A DNA stretch of 64,000 nt from Opitutia bacterium (lineage in GTDB: Bacteria > Verrucomicrobiota > Verrucomicrobiia > Opitutales > T3Sed10-336), in contig JBJHCF010000001.1 in assembly GCA_050506795.1 (NCBI GenBank), positions 60,556 through 124,555 of the forward strand. Direction: 5' to 3'. The translations under genes and the position numbers were made by a program. The first letter of the stretch is position 1, and each line of letters starts with the position of its first letter. Shown here piece after piece: positions 31,533-39,601 of this stretch. A model generated the notes under the pieces. It did not search any database. It was given only the letters and a program-made list of their open reading frames with translations, and was not told the DNA's origin.

Positions 31533-33650
31533 TTATTCCGGCGGGTTCAGTTGACGGTGAAGGTAGGCGTAAATCAGACTGTTGATGTAGGCCTGTTGCC
31601 GCAGATTCGCCGCGCCGGAGTGACCGCCCTCGATGTTTTCGTAGTAGAGCACGTCGTGCCCCAACGATTTCATCATGGCCACCATTTTGCGGGCGTGGGC
31701 CGGGTGAACGCGGTCGTCACGGGTGGAGGTGGTGAAAAAAATCTTCGGGTATTCGGTTTCCGGATGCACATTCTGGTAGGGAGAATAGCGGCTCAGGAAG
31801 GCCCAGTCCTCGGTAACATCCGGGTTGCCGTATTCCGCCACCCAACTGGCGCCGGCCAGCAGAAGGTGGTAGCGGCGCATGTCCAGCAGCGGCACCTGGC
31901 AAACCACCGCGTTGAAGAGATCGGGACGCTGGGTGACGGCGGCGCCGACCAGCAGGCCACCGTTGCTGCCGCCCTGAATGCCGAGTTGCTCCGGCGTGGT
32001 CAGGCCCCGGGCGATCAGATCTTCGGCGACGGCGATGAAATCGTCGAAAGCCCGTTGACGGTTTTCGCGGAGGGCGGCCTGATGCCAGGCCGGACCGAAT
32101 TCGCCGCCGCCCCGGATGTTGGCCAGAACAAACAGACCTCCGCGTTCCAGCCAGGAGGCGCCCATGACTCCGGAATAGAACGGTGTCCGGGAAATCTCGA
32201 ATCCGCCGTAGGCGTTGAGGAGAGTGGGCCGTGGCCCGCCGGTTTCCAGGGGTTCCGGGCCCGCCACGAAGTAGGGAATCCTGGTGCCGTCGGCGGATTC
32301 CGCCTCGAACTGTGCGACCGCGAGCCCGCTGGCGTCGAACCGTGCCGGCTCGGAGCGCACTTCAAGGTGTTCGTCGGCGGCCGCGTCCGCACGGAAGAGG
32401 GTGGTCGGGGTCAGGAATCCGGTGAAGGCATAAAAGAAAGCGTCGCTGCGATCGTCTGTTGTGATCAACTGAATGGTTCCCATTTCCGGCGCGGTCAACG
32501 TCTGTTGCTCCCAGCCCTGATCCTGATGGCGGAAGGCGTACAGACGGCTGGTGACGTTGTCCAGGACGTGGACCAGCACCCGTGTTTTGGTCAACGCCAC
32601 GCCGGCGATGGAGGCGCGGGGACCGGGAGCGTAGAGCACTTCAAAAGCCGGGTCTTCCCCCAGGACGGCTTCGAATTCGGTCGCGATGAGCGAACCCTGC
32701 CGGTAGGTTTCGCCTCCGGTGGTCCAGTCGGATTTGAGGTCAATCAGGACGCGTCCGTCGAGGATTCCCGCCAGCCGGGCGTCGTCGGGGATGTGAATGC
32801 GGTGCAGTTGTTCGTCGCGGTAGAGATGGTAGTGCCGGGTGAAAAATCCCGGAGCGCGAACGATAAGATCGTAGGGCGTTTCGTCGTCCCATACCCGGAA
32901 TCCCGATACGGAGACGTCAGATCTTTCGCCCCGGAAGACGGTTTCGGCTTCCACCAGCGGATCGCCCCGTCTCCAGAGACGGACTTCGCGCGGGTAACCG
33001 GAATCGGTCAGGCTGTCTTCTCCGAAATCGGTGCCCACAAAAACACTGTCGAGGTCCCGCCAACTGATCCGGCTCTTGGCTTCGGGCAGTTGAAAGCCGT
33101 CTTCGACAAACCGGCGTGTTTCCCGGTCGAATTCCCGCCGCACCACCGCGTCGGATCCGCCCCGCGACAGGCCGATGATGAACCGGTCGTAGTCGGGATA
33201 CCGTCCGCTGGAACCGGCCCATACCCAGTTTTCGTTTTCCTTTTCCGCCAACGCGTCCACATCCAGCAGAATTTCCCATTCGGGATCTCCCCGGACGTAA
33301 CTTTCCTGAGAAGTGGTTCGCCAGAGGCCGCGCACATGGGACTCATCACGCCAGAAATTGTCCACCCGGCCTCCGCGCAGGCCCGGGAAGGGAATGCGGT
33401 CGGGGGAGGTGATGATTTCCAGCGCCCGCTGATGAAGGGGATCGAACAGCGGGTGTTGTTCCAGCAGTTCCGTACTGTGACTGTTCTGCTCGCGAGCCCA
33501 GGCGAGCGCGGCTTCGCCTTCGACTTCTTCGAGCCAGAGATAAGGATCGGTTTCGGCCATAAGCAAAAAGGAAAAAAACAGGCCCGCCGGCAGGCAGGCG
33601 AGAAGGCGGCAATGATGTAACGGCATAGGAAAAAGAATGATCTGCCCCAT
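31533..33650 (-). CDS. prolyl oligopeptidase family serine peptidase (S9A)
   Basis: DPYLWLEEVEGEAALAWAREQN N-terminus, propeller, and GGSNGGLL catalytic Ser. The start is 33650 or 33626. The track start at 33749 would run into a repeat. Confidence 0.85.
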   Translation of the reverse strand: MGQIILFPMPLHHCRLLACLPAGLFFSFLLMAETDPYLWLEEVEGEAALAWAREQNSHSTELLEQHPLFDPLHQRALEIITSPDRIPFPGLRGGRVDNFWRDESHVRGLWRTTSQESYVRGDPEWEILLDVDALAEKENENWVWAGSSGRYPDYDRFIIGLSRGGSDAVVRREFDRETRRFVEDGFQLPEAKSRISWRDLDSVFVGTDFGEDSLTDSGYPREVRLWRRGDPLVEAETVFRGERSDVSVSGFRVWDDETPYDLIVRAPGFFTRHYHLYRDEQLHRIHIPDDARLAGILDGRVLIDLKSDWTTGGETYRQGSLIATEFEAVLGEDPAFEVLYAPGPRASIAGVALTKTRVLVHVLDNVTSRLYAFRHQDQGWEQQTLTAPEMGTIQLITTDDRSDAFFYAFTGFLTPTTLFRADAAADEHLEVRSEPARFDASGLAVAQFEAESADGTRIPYFVAGPEPLETGGPRPTLLNAYGGFEISRTPFYSGVMGASWLERGGLFVLANIRGGGEFGPAWHQAALRENRQRAFDDFIAVAEDLIARGLTTPEQLGIQGGSNGGLLVGAAVTQRPDLFNAVVCQVPLLDMRRYHLLLAGASWVAEYGNPDVTEDWAFLSRYSPYQNVHPETEYPKIFFTTSTRDDRVHPAHARKMVAMMKSLGHDVLYYENIEGGHSGAANLRQQAYINSLIYAYLHRQLNPPE

Positions 33651-33734
33651 ATTCGTCAAATTGAGCGGAAAATGAACACAAATCTTTTTGGGGCGCCGCT
33701 GGGCCTGTTGAAAACGGGAGAGACGGAATTCAGG

Positions 33735-33765
33735 GGAACCACGAAACACACAAAAGGCACGAAAT
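33735..33765. repeat. CACGAAA-word repeat, solo copy (GGAACCACGAAACACACAAAAGGCACGAAAT)
   Basis: Matches the consensus of the inverted-repeat pairs at 40149, 43864 and 45881. Confidence 0.8.
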
Positions 33766-33850
33766 AATAATTCTACCCTCTTTGGCTGAAATGGAAGGGA
33801 AATTTCAATAGAAAACCCCCGGCGCCTCGCTGTTTACAGTGGGTTCGATA

Positions 33851-33916
33851 CGCCGGCTGAAGCACGGCGCTACGCATTCATGGCTCCGAATTCGTAGGTC
33901 CGTGCTTTAGCCGGAC
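33851..33916. repeat. pair of oppositely oriented hairpins with the conserved loop TGCTTCAGC / TGCTTTAGC
   Basis: CGCCG-gctgaagca-CGGCG (33851-33869) and GTCCG-tgctttagc-CGGAC (33898-33916). Confidence 0.7.
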
Positions 33917-34319
33917 GCTTCATGGTACGCAAGATGCTGAGGTACGGCATCAGAGCCCATCCCAAAACAGCGAAGTCCCGAAACCTCAGCCTCTCCGTTC
34001 CCCCGCGCGGTGCCATCCGTTTCGTGGCTATTGTGTTTCGTTGTCTCCAAAATTCACCCACACCAATTTCGGTGATTGATTCACTTGGCGTGATGCTCCA
34101 CGATCTCCACAACCCCGGCTTCATGCGATCCATGGAACACCCACCCCACACCCGCACAACAAGCTCTTCAAACGGAGTTTTGGCGACCCAACCACCGCGG
34201 CAAACTTTCTTCGCCACGAGTTCTCCGAGCCGCTCGCCCGTGCCATCCACTGGGACACTCTGAAACTCGAGTCCGGCTCCTTCATCGACTCACAATACCG
34301 CTCGTCCGAAAGCGACCTG

Positions 34320-35054
34320 TTGTTCTCGACGCTTGTGGGCGGCAAACCGGCCCGTATCTACCTGCTTTTCGAGCACCAGCGCTCACCCCAACGCATGATC
34401 GCCCTGCGACTGCTCCGCTACATGGTGCGCATCTGGGAGCAGTTTCACGAATCTAATTCGACCCAACCTCTGCCGGTCATTCTCCCGGTCGTTTTGGCCC
34501 ACAACGCCGAGCATTGGGATATCCCAGACAGCTTTGCCCCTCTTCTCGATATTCCCGAAAACCTGCATGGAGAACTCGACGCTGTCGTGCCCGACTTCGT
34601 TTTCAAGCTCATCCAGCTCTCCGACATTCCCTTCGACCGAATCCGCGGCACTCCGGCCGGGATTCTCACCCTGCGGGTCATGAAAGCCGAACGCCTCGGT
34701 ATGCTGCTCGATGATCCGGTCTGGGACGAGGAGCTCGTCGGCAAAGCGTCCCTGGAACTCTTCGAGCAGATCCTGCGTTACATCGCCTCCGCCGCCGATC
34801 TTGACAAGCCGGCCTTTTTCGAGAGGCTTAAAATGGTAAAAGATGAAAGCATTCGGCAAACGGCCATGACACTCGAACAACAGTTTCGTCAGGAAGGGGA
34901 GCGCCTGCTTTTAGAGCGTTTGCTTATTCGCCGGTTCGGTCATCTTCCCGAATGGGTTTGTCGATTGCTTGAAGACGCCACGACCGACCAGATTGAGCAA
35001 TGGGGCGAGGCTATTCTGGACGCCCCCTCGCTGGAATCGGTTTTCCGGCAATAG
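34320..35054 (+). CDS. Rpn-family recombination-promoting nuclease / putative transposase (YhgA-like, PD-(D/E)XK); 5' end unresolved
   Basis: IYLLFEHQRSPQRMIALRLLRYMVRIW core and a DUF4351-like C-terminus. 34320 (TTG) is the only canonical start in frame, but family-like sequence continues upstream in frame to about 34146 (see findings). Confidence 0.7.
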   Translation: MFSTLVGGKPARIYLLFEHQRSPQRMIALRLLRYMVRIWEQFHESNSTQPLPVILPVVLAHNAEHWDIPDSFAPLLDIPENLHGELDAVVPDFVFKLIQLSDIPFDRIRGTPAGILTLRVMKAERLGMLLDDPVWDEELVGKASLELFEQILRYIASAADLDKPAFFERLKMVKDESIRQTAMTLEQQFRQEGERLLLERLLIRRFGHLPEWVCRLLEDATTDQIEQWGEAILDAPSLESVFRQ

Positions 35055-35197
35055 GCACGCTTTTTTTGGCGGCGCTGTCGTTCTGCGCTTCGTGGTTTCA
35101 CCGAATCCGCTTCTCCCGGCATTCACGACGATTTCGTTCCCAGGCTCCGCGGCCGGTTCGAATGGGATTGACATGGCCGATAAGTTTTGCTTTCTCA

Positions 35198-35241
35198 ATC
35201 GATAAACCCAGGTCCTAGGTTCCCACAAATGATTTATCGAT
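35198..35241. promoter_or_regulatory. 9-bp perfect inverted repeat ATCGATAAA ... TTTATCGAT upstream of the pseudopilin-like gene
   Basis: Arms at 35198-35206 and 35233-35241. The right arm abuts the AGGAGG Shine-Dalgarno (35242-35247). Operator role is speculative. Confidence 0.2.
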
Positions 35242-35252
35242 AGGAGGTTCCC

Positions 35253-36026
35253 ATGAAAACATCCCCTCTCCCCCAGGAACCCTTTCGGCGACGCGGTTTT
35301 ACCCTGGTCGAGCTCCTCACGACGATAGGGGTGATCGCCATCTTGGCGGCGATTGCGTTTCCGGTATACCGGATGGCGCGCGAATCGGCGAGGCGGGCTT
35401 CCTGCGCGAGCAATCTGCGTCAGATTGGGATCGCCAGTCAGCTTTACGCCGATGAAAACCGGGGGCGCCTCCCGGTGATCGAGGCGGAGGAGGCGTTGTG
35501 GCCGTGGGACGTCTCGCTTGCGGTGATGAACGCCTTGCTGCGCACGGGCGGTGGCGAGCGTGACATGTTTTTTTGCCGTTCGGGGCAGTACGGGGAGCGG
35601 TTCGAGCACTGGGATTTCGGGGTTCAGCGTCCCGGAGGCGAGGAGGAGGGCTTCCGCGTTATCCGCTACGTGCTGCTGTTCGAAGGGGCGGTGCGGGTGC
35701 TGCCCGAGCACACGAACGCGCGGATGGAGGATCCGGTGCGGGTTTTGGTCTCGGAGGGACGGCAGCCAGAGTACGTGACGGTACCCGCGAGCGAGCGGGA
35801 ACTGGCGGTGGACGCGGTGCTGTCGGTCGGCAGCGGCGAGGAATTGAACTTTCACGCCGTTCCCGGGGGAGCGACGATCCCCGACCGGACGAACCACCTC
35901 GACGGGACGACTCCCCTTGGGGGGAACATCCTTTTCATGGACGGTCACGTCGCCTGGCGCGACTTCGCCGAGATGGACGACACGAAAGTGGAACCCGCCC
36001 CGCCGCACCCGATGTTTTGGTGGTGA
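35253..36026 (+). CDS. prepilin-type N-terminal cleavage/methylation domain protein (H-X9-DG, DUF1559-like pseudopilin)
   Basis: RRGFTLVELLTTIGVIAILAAIAFP leader, and near the C-terminus GGNILFMDGHVAWRDF. Strong SD AGGAGG. Confidence 0.82.
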   Translation: MKTSPLPQEPFRRRGFTLVELLTTIGVIAILAAIAFPVYRMARESARRASCASNLRQIGIASQLYADENRGRLPVIEAEEALWPWDVSLAVMNALLRTGGGERDMFFCRSGQYGERFEHWDFGVQRPGGEEEGFRVIRYVLLFEGAVRVLPEHTNARMEDPVRVLVSEGRQPEYVTVPASERELAVDAVLSVGSGEELNFHAVPGGATIPDRTNHLDGTTPLGGNILFMDGHVAWRDFAEMDDTKVEPAPPHPMFWW

Positions 36027-36027
36027 A

Positions 36028-36047
36028 AGTCCCGCTGTCGCGGGACT
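36028..36047 (+). terminator. hairpin directly after the stop codon
   Basis: AGTCCCG-ctgtcg-CGGGACT followed by T-rich CTTGGTT repeats. Confidence 0.5.
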
Positions 36048-36050
36048 GTG

Positions 36051-36082
36051 CTTGGTTCTTGGTTTGGTGTTTTTGGTTTGGG
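36051..36082. repeat. CTTGGTT heptamer array
   Basis: cttggtt|cttggtt|tggtgtt|tttggtt|tggg. Same word family as 20901-20957 (complement) and 46811-46840. Confidence 0.8.
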
Positions 36083-36146
36083 ATCAGATACGAAGCCGAG
36101 CTTGAAATCACGCGGTATCGGCCCTTCCGCCGATGAGAACGGAGCA

Positions 36147-36176
36147 GGGGGAAACAACGAAACACACGAAAATGAG
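36147..36176. repeat. CACGAAA-word repeat, solo/truncated copy
   Basis: GGGGAAACAACGAAACACACGAAAATGAG. No inverted partner was found downstream. Confidence 0.8.
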
Positions 36177-36234
36177 TTGCAGGATGACTGAACCCATTAA
36201 CCGACAACGGATAACCGATAACCGGACTTCGCTC

Positions 36235-36274
<40 letters not shown>

Positions 36275-36338
36275 GGAATGGCGGGACGGGGGCGTTTGGT
36301 TGCCTATCCGGACGCTGCGAGCAAGCGGCGCTGAGGTT

Positions 36339-36929
36339 ATGGCGCTCGAATATCTGGCAGTCATGAACGATCGGAGTGACAAGGCATTGATCCTGCACCT
36401 CCAGGCGAATTCTGGAGACGGGCACGCCGCGTTTGCGGTGCTGTACCGGCGGCATGGGGAAATGGTACGCAGGGTTGCCTGGCGGTATTTGATCGATAAA
36501 AATCACGTTGATGATGTGCACCAAAACACCTTTGTGCGCTTTTGGAAAAAGCGTCACCGGATCGGAGAGCCCTACCGGGTGAAGGGTTATCTCTCGCGCC
36601 TCGCGCACGATGAGGCGGTGAATCTAAACCGAAGCCCGATGGTGGAGGAATTGTTTTCTTCGTCGGACCTCGAGCGAATTTCCCTGCGGGCTGCATTGAG
36701 GAAAGGCATCGAGGGCCAAAGTGTTCGAATAGCACTACGAGAGTGGTGCGAAAAACACCTTGATGGGAAAACGTCCCGAATATTTATTCTGCGTTTTGTT
36801 GAGGGGTTAAAATATTCTCAAATAGCTGAACAAGAAAAGATCCCAGTGGGAAGCGTTAAACGGATCTTATGTGATTTGAGAAAAAAACTTAAGAAATCGA
36901 AAGATTTTCCGAACCTTTTCCGGATTTAA
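36339..36929 (+). CDS. ECF-type RNA polymerase sigma-70 family factor
   Basis: Region 2 (DDVHQNTFVRFWKK) and region 4 HTH (LKYSQIAEQEKIPVGSVKRILCDLRKKL). GAGG at 36333-36336 precedes ATG 36339. The track start at 36300 is a TTG. Confidence 0.85.
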   Translation: MALEYLAVMNDRSDKALILHLQANSGDGHAAFAVLYRRHGEMVRRVAWRYLIDKNHVDDVHQNTFVRFWKKRHRIGEPYRVKGYLSRLAHDEAVNLNRSPMVEELFSSSDLERISLRAALRKGIEGQSVRIALREWCEKHLDGKTSRIFILRFVEGLKYSQIAEQEKIPVGSVKRILCDLRKKLKKSKDFPNLFRI

Positions 36930-37020
36930 AACGGTTACCTTATTGAATGGGCGCAAACTTACGACGGGACGCGGAAAAGACTGATCGATTTAAATACCAA
37001 GCTTAAATGAACAAGTACCC

Positions 37021-37485
37021 ATGAACCCATTACAAGGAAAAGTCAGCCGAAACGGACGCCGGTTTTTGGTCGCAGCGGGGATTATCCTTGCAGTCACGGG
37101 GTTGGCCAAGCTTTTTACCGTTACCGGTGACACAACGTTGTTGCGGGTTTCTGACCCGATTTTCGGGGTCGAGTTTCGGTATTTGATAGCAATGGTAGGT
37201 CTAACCGAGCTAGTTATTGCAGGATTTTGTTTCTTTACCAGATGGGACGCGCTAAGCACCGTCATGGTCGCGTGGATTTCGTCCGGGTTTATGCTTTATC
37301 GGGTCGGGATTCGATCTGCTGATTGGCAGAGGCCGTGTGGGTGTTTGGGAAATCTTACGGATGTGCTAAGAATTCCCTCGCAGATTGCCGAATGGATTTC
37401 AATCGGATTGTTGGCGATTCTCCTTGTCGGCAGCTATTGCGCTCTTTGTGAGGGAATAAGATCGAAAAGGTACGAAACGACGTAA
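37021..37485 (+). CDS. four-TM membrane protein with a CGC motif (MauE/DoxX-like, putative redox-associated)
   Basis: 154 aa with four hydrophobic helices. RPCGCLGN lies in the loop between helices 3 and 4, resembling the xCGCFG motif of MauE-type proteins. Assigned from memory of the family, not from a search. Confidence 0.45.
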   Translation: MNPLQGKVSRNGRRFLVAAGIILAVTGLAKLFTVTGDTTLLRVSDPIFGVEFRYLIAMVGLTELVIAGFCFFTRWDALSTVMVAWISSGFMLYRVGIRSADWQRPCGCLGNLTDVLRIPSQIAEWISIGLLAILLVGSYCALCEGIRSKRYETT

Positions 37486-37549
37486 AATTGATTCAGGAAA
37501 ATCATCATAAGGAATCAGTAATTAAAGCAGCTTAAGATTCTAAATTTCA

Positions 37550-38722
37550 ATGCACAGACTGAGTAATATAATACTAATTCGATTTCGGGTCCCAAACTGT
37601 TGGATTATCCTTATAGGAATCTTCTTTCTCGTCTCTTTCCCGGTTCGTTCGACGGGAGAAGTCGTGATGGCGCTTGAGGGGAAAGGTACTGCCGGAGTTG
37701 TACTTGGAACACAAACGCTTATTTACGAAACTTCCTTTAGCGTTATCCTTGCCGTCGATGGTCGGTTTTTGTTCGATTATGACGATCATGTCCATTATCG
37801 AAATCGAAATGTGGAATTCGGATATGATGGGGAAAACTTTTTGTATTTGATTCGTCCGGGTGACGAAGCGGGCAACCAAGAGGGATTTGCTTATTTGAGT
37901 CTGGATACGGAGCATGTACCGATTTTTGGAATTCAAGATGATGTTCGTGATGCTCTATGGTTGACACTAGGAAGTGGAAGGTTATTTCGCGATCCAGGCT
38001 TGTCGGGCACCGAAATCCCCAATCCGTTCCTAGATCCAAGACACTCTATTGAAGCTCACGGATTTACCTTTGACGCAAAAGTCGTTAATGAACGATTTCC
38101 GTTGACATCAGAATTTTTGCTTGTCCGAGATTATGCAGTCGATAAGGCAACACGAGAGGAAGAAGAACGTCGTTTTGGTTTGAATAGGCTTCATTCATCA
38201 GGTGATTTTCAATGGAACCGACGGCAAGAGTGGAAAGACGGACAGCGTGCCGTCTATTTTGCTTGGGAGAGGGATATCGAGGTAGCCGATTCAGTCAGCG
38301 CACCACTTTCATTGGAGGTTTCTGTGTATGATGTTCGACGCCCTGATGTGAGTGTCCCTCTTAAGCGGATCCATCTTAGATTTGATTCATGGGAGATCGG
38401 CGAACTTGAGAACAAGCGTTTCCTTCCAATGATCGAGGGAAGAATTTACGTGACGGATTTCCGCGTGCGGCGCCGAGATAGCGATTTTGATATCGATTTC
38501 GTGAATTATTACGTTGGACCTGAATCTGAAACAGGCGAGTGGCGCAGAAAAGATGATCCTTGGCTTCTAGAACGTGCGGCCTATCAAGCGACAACGCATA
38601 CCAACATAGAAGGAAGGATTGTCTCGAATCGTATTGTTGTTATTGTGATTGGATTGAGTGCGCTCTTACTTCCATTAGTGATTGTAAAGATGACACAGAA
38701 AGGTAATATGAGTGAGGATTAG
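37550..38722 (+). CDS. hypothetical bitopic protein (N-terminal signal/anchor, C-terminal TM)
   Basis: 390-aa ORF in an AT-rich region where long ORFs are unlikely by chance. N-terminal CWIILIGIFFLVSFPV and C-terminal IVVIVIGLSALLLPLVIV. No recognisable family. Confidence 0.6.
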   Translation: MHRLSNIILIRFRVPNCWIILIGIFFLVSFPVRSTGEVVMALEGKGTAGVVLGTQTLIYETSFSVILAVDGRFLFDYDDHVHYRNRNVEFGYDGENFLYLIRPGDEAGNQEGFAYLSLDTEHVPIFGIQDDVRDALWLTLGSGRLFRDPGLSGTEIPNPFLDPRHSIEAHGFTFDAKVVNERFPLTSEFLLVRDYAVDKATREEEERRFGLNRLHSSGDFQWNRRQEWKDGQRAVYFAWERDIEVADSVSAPLSLEVSVYDVRRPDVSVPLKRIHLRFDSWEIGELENKRFLPMIEGRIYVTDFRVRRRDSDFDIDFVNYYVGPESETGEWRRKDDPWLLERAAYQATTHTNIEGRIVSNRIVVIVIGLSALLLPLVIVKMTQKGNMSED

Positions 38723-38791
38723 GGTTGTTGAAACTTGGAAATGAAAACTTTTTGTGAGTCCTGTAATGTTAATGAACGAAGGGTTAAATCA

Positions 38792-39193
38792 ATGAATAAA
38801 AAAATATCGTTAATCAGAATGAGACTACCTGCTTTCTTACTTCTATTGGTGATCTCGGGAATAGCCGGCGTTGGGCATTTGGTTCTTTATGCTGGTGGAG
38901 GTGGTTCTCCGCCTGGATATCAGTGTCAAGCGGCCGGAGGGCCGAAGCAGTTTCCACCAGCAGACGGGGTGAATCCTTGTGAGAGTCAACTTAACCCAAC
39001 CTGTGAGCCAACCAGATGTGCGTCAATACGTCGACCAAGGGCCTGTAATTTGGTTCCAGGTGGATCTGGCGATTGCACCGAGGAATCTGGTTGTAACTCT
39101 ATTTTCGTTAGTCATGTATATTGCGAGTGGAGTTCACAACAAATCTGTGTTTGCCCACAACAACACCCCCCTGGTAGTCCCGGTGAATTATGA
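38792..39193 (+). CDS. small exported/anchored cysteine-rich protein (10 Cys)
   Basis: MNKKISLIRMRLPAFLLLLVISGIAG anchor, GGGGSPPG linker, then 10 Cys in about 85 residues. AAGGG lies 9 nt upstream of ATG 38792. Alternative starts at 38735 and 38741. Confidence 0.55.
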   Translation: MNKKISLIRMRLPAFLLLLVISGIAGVGHLVLYAGGGGSPPGYQCQAAGGPKQFPPADGVNPCESQLNPTCEPTRCASIRRPRACNLVPGGSGDCTEESGCNSIFVSHVYCEWSSQQICVCPQQHPPGSPGEL

Positions 39194-39406
39194 AGTATTA
39201 TACTTGATGTAGAGATGCGTTCCGTTAGTCAATTCGATATGTCGGACCGAAGGCATTCATGTTAGAGTCGATCATACTTGGCAGGGTATTTCCTTGGCTA
39301 TTGGGTCCGACCGTCCTGTGGGTTGGCCTTTTTGACATGACATTCTATGCGCCTAGTATTTGAGGCGAGGCGCGATTGATTTTCTGTGAGAAAATGCGAG
39401 AACGAG

Positions 39407-39550
39407 TAAAGTTGTTGCAGATAAGAAAAATTCAGACACGATTTTAACTTATCGATCACGCTTCAACCCGATCAGCCAGGGCGGGTCGGGTGTTAGTTTA
39501 ACAAGCAAGATTCGATAACTACACTTTTACTAGGCTACTCCTCGCTAGTA
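39407..39550. repeat. dispersed ~130-bp intergenic element, copy 2 (AAAGTTGTTGCAGATAAG ... GGCTACTCCTCGCTAGT)
   Basis: Homologous termini and internal blocks with 13228-13353. Confidence 0.5.
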
Positions 39551-39601
39551 TTCGGGAGTCGTAGCGAATCAATTGCTTAATTTGAATTAGCGATTCGGGT
39601 A

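Noticed and set aside
31467-33620. 717-aa plus-strand ORF, and similar long shadow ORFs (52958..54826 -, 16199..17806 +, 22210..23742 -, 6481..7824 -, 14704..15915 -, 10218..11252 -, 25400..26440 -, 34911..36008 -, 57311..58261 -, 58574..59491 -)
   Set aside because: Each lies antisense to a gene with clear conserved motifs. Their sequences are Arg/Gly/Pro/His-rich and low-complexity, typical of open antisense frames in high-GC DNA. No family signatures are present.
33841-33870. tRNA-like T-arm (GGGTTCGATAC)
   Set aside because: The flanking bases do not form a T-stem, acceptor stem or anticodon arm. The adjacent sequence is a TGCTTCAGC-type hairpin instead.
33870-34263. ORFs 33870..34250 (-) and 33922..34263 (+) in the gap before the Rpn gene
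   Set aside because: They mutually overlap, have no family resemblance, and contain repeat hairpins. The plus ORF tail is the out-of-frame reading of the Rpn N-terminus.
36275-36296. ECF-type autoregulatory promoter (GGAAT ... CGTT) right after the TC tract
   Set aside because: The spacing between the two elements is only 13 nt, versus about 16-17 nt in typical ECF promoters, and the match is weak.
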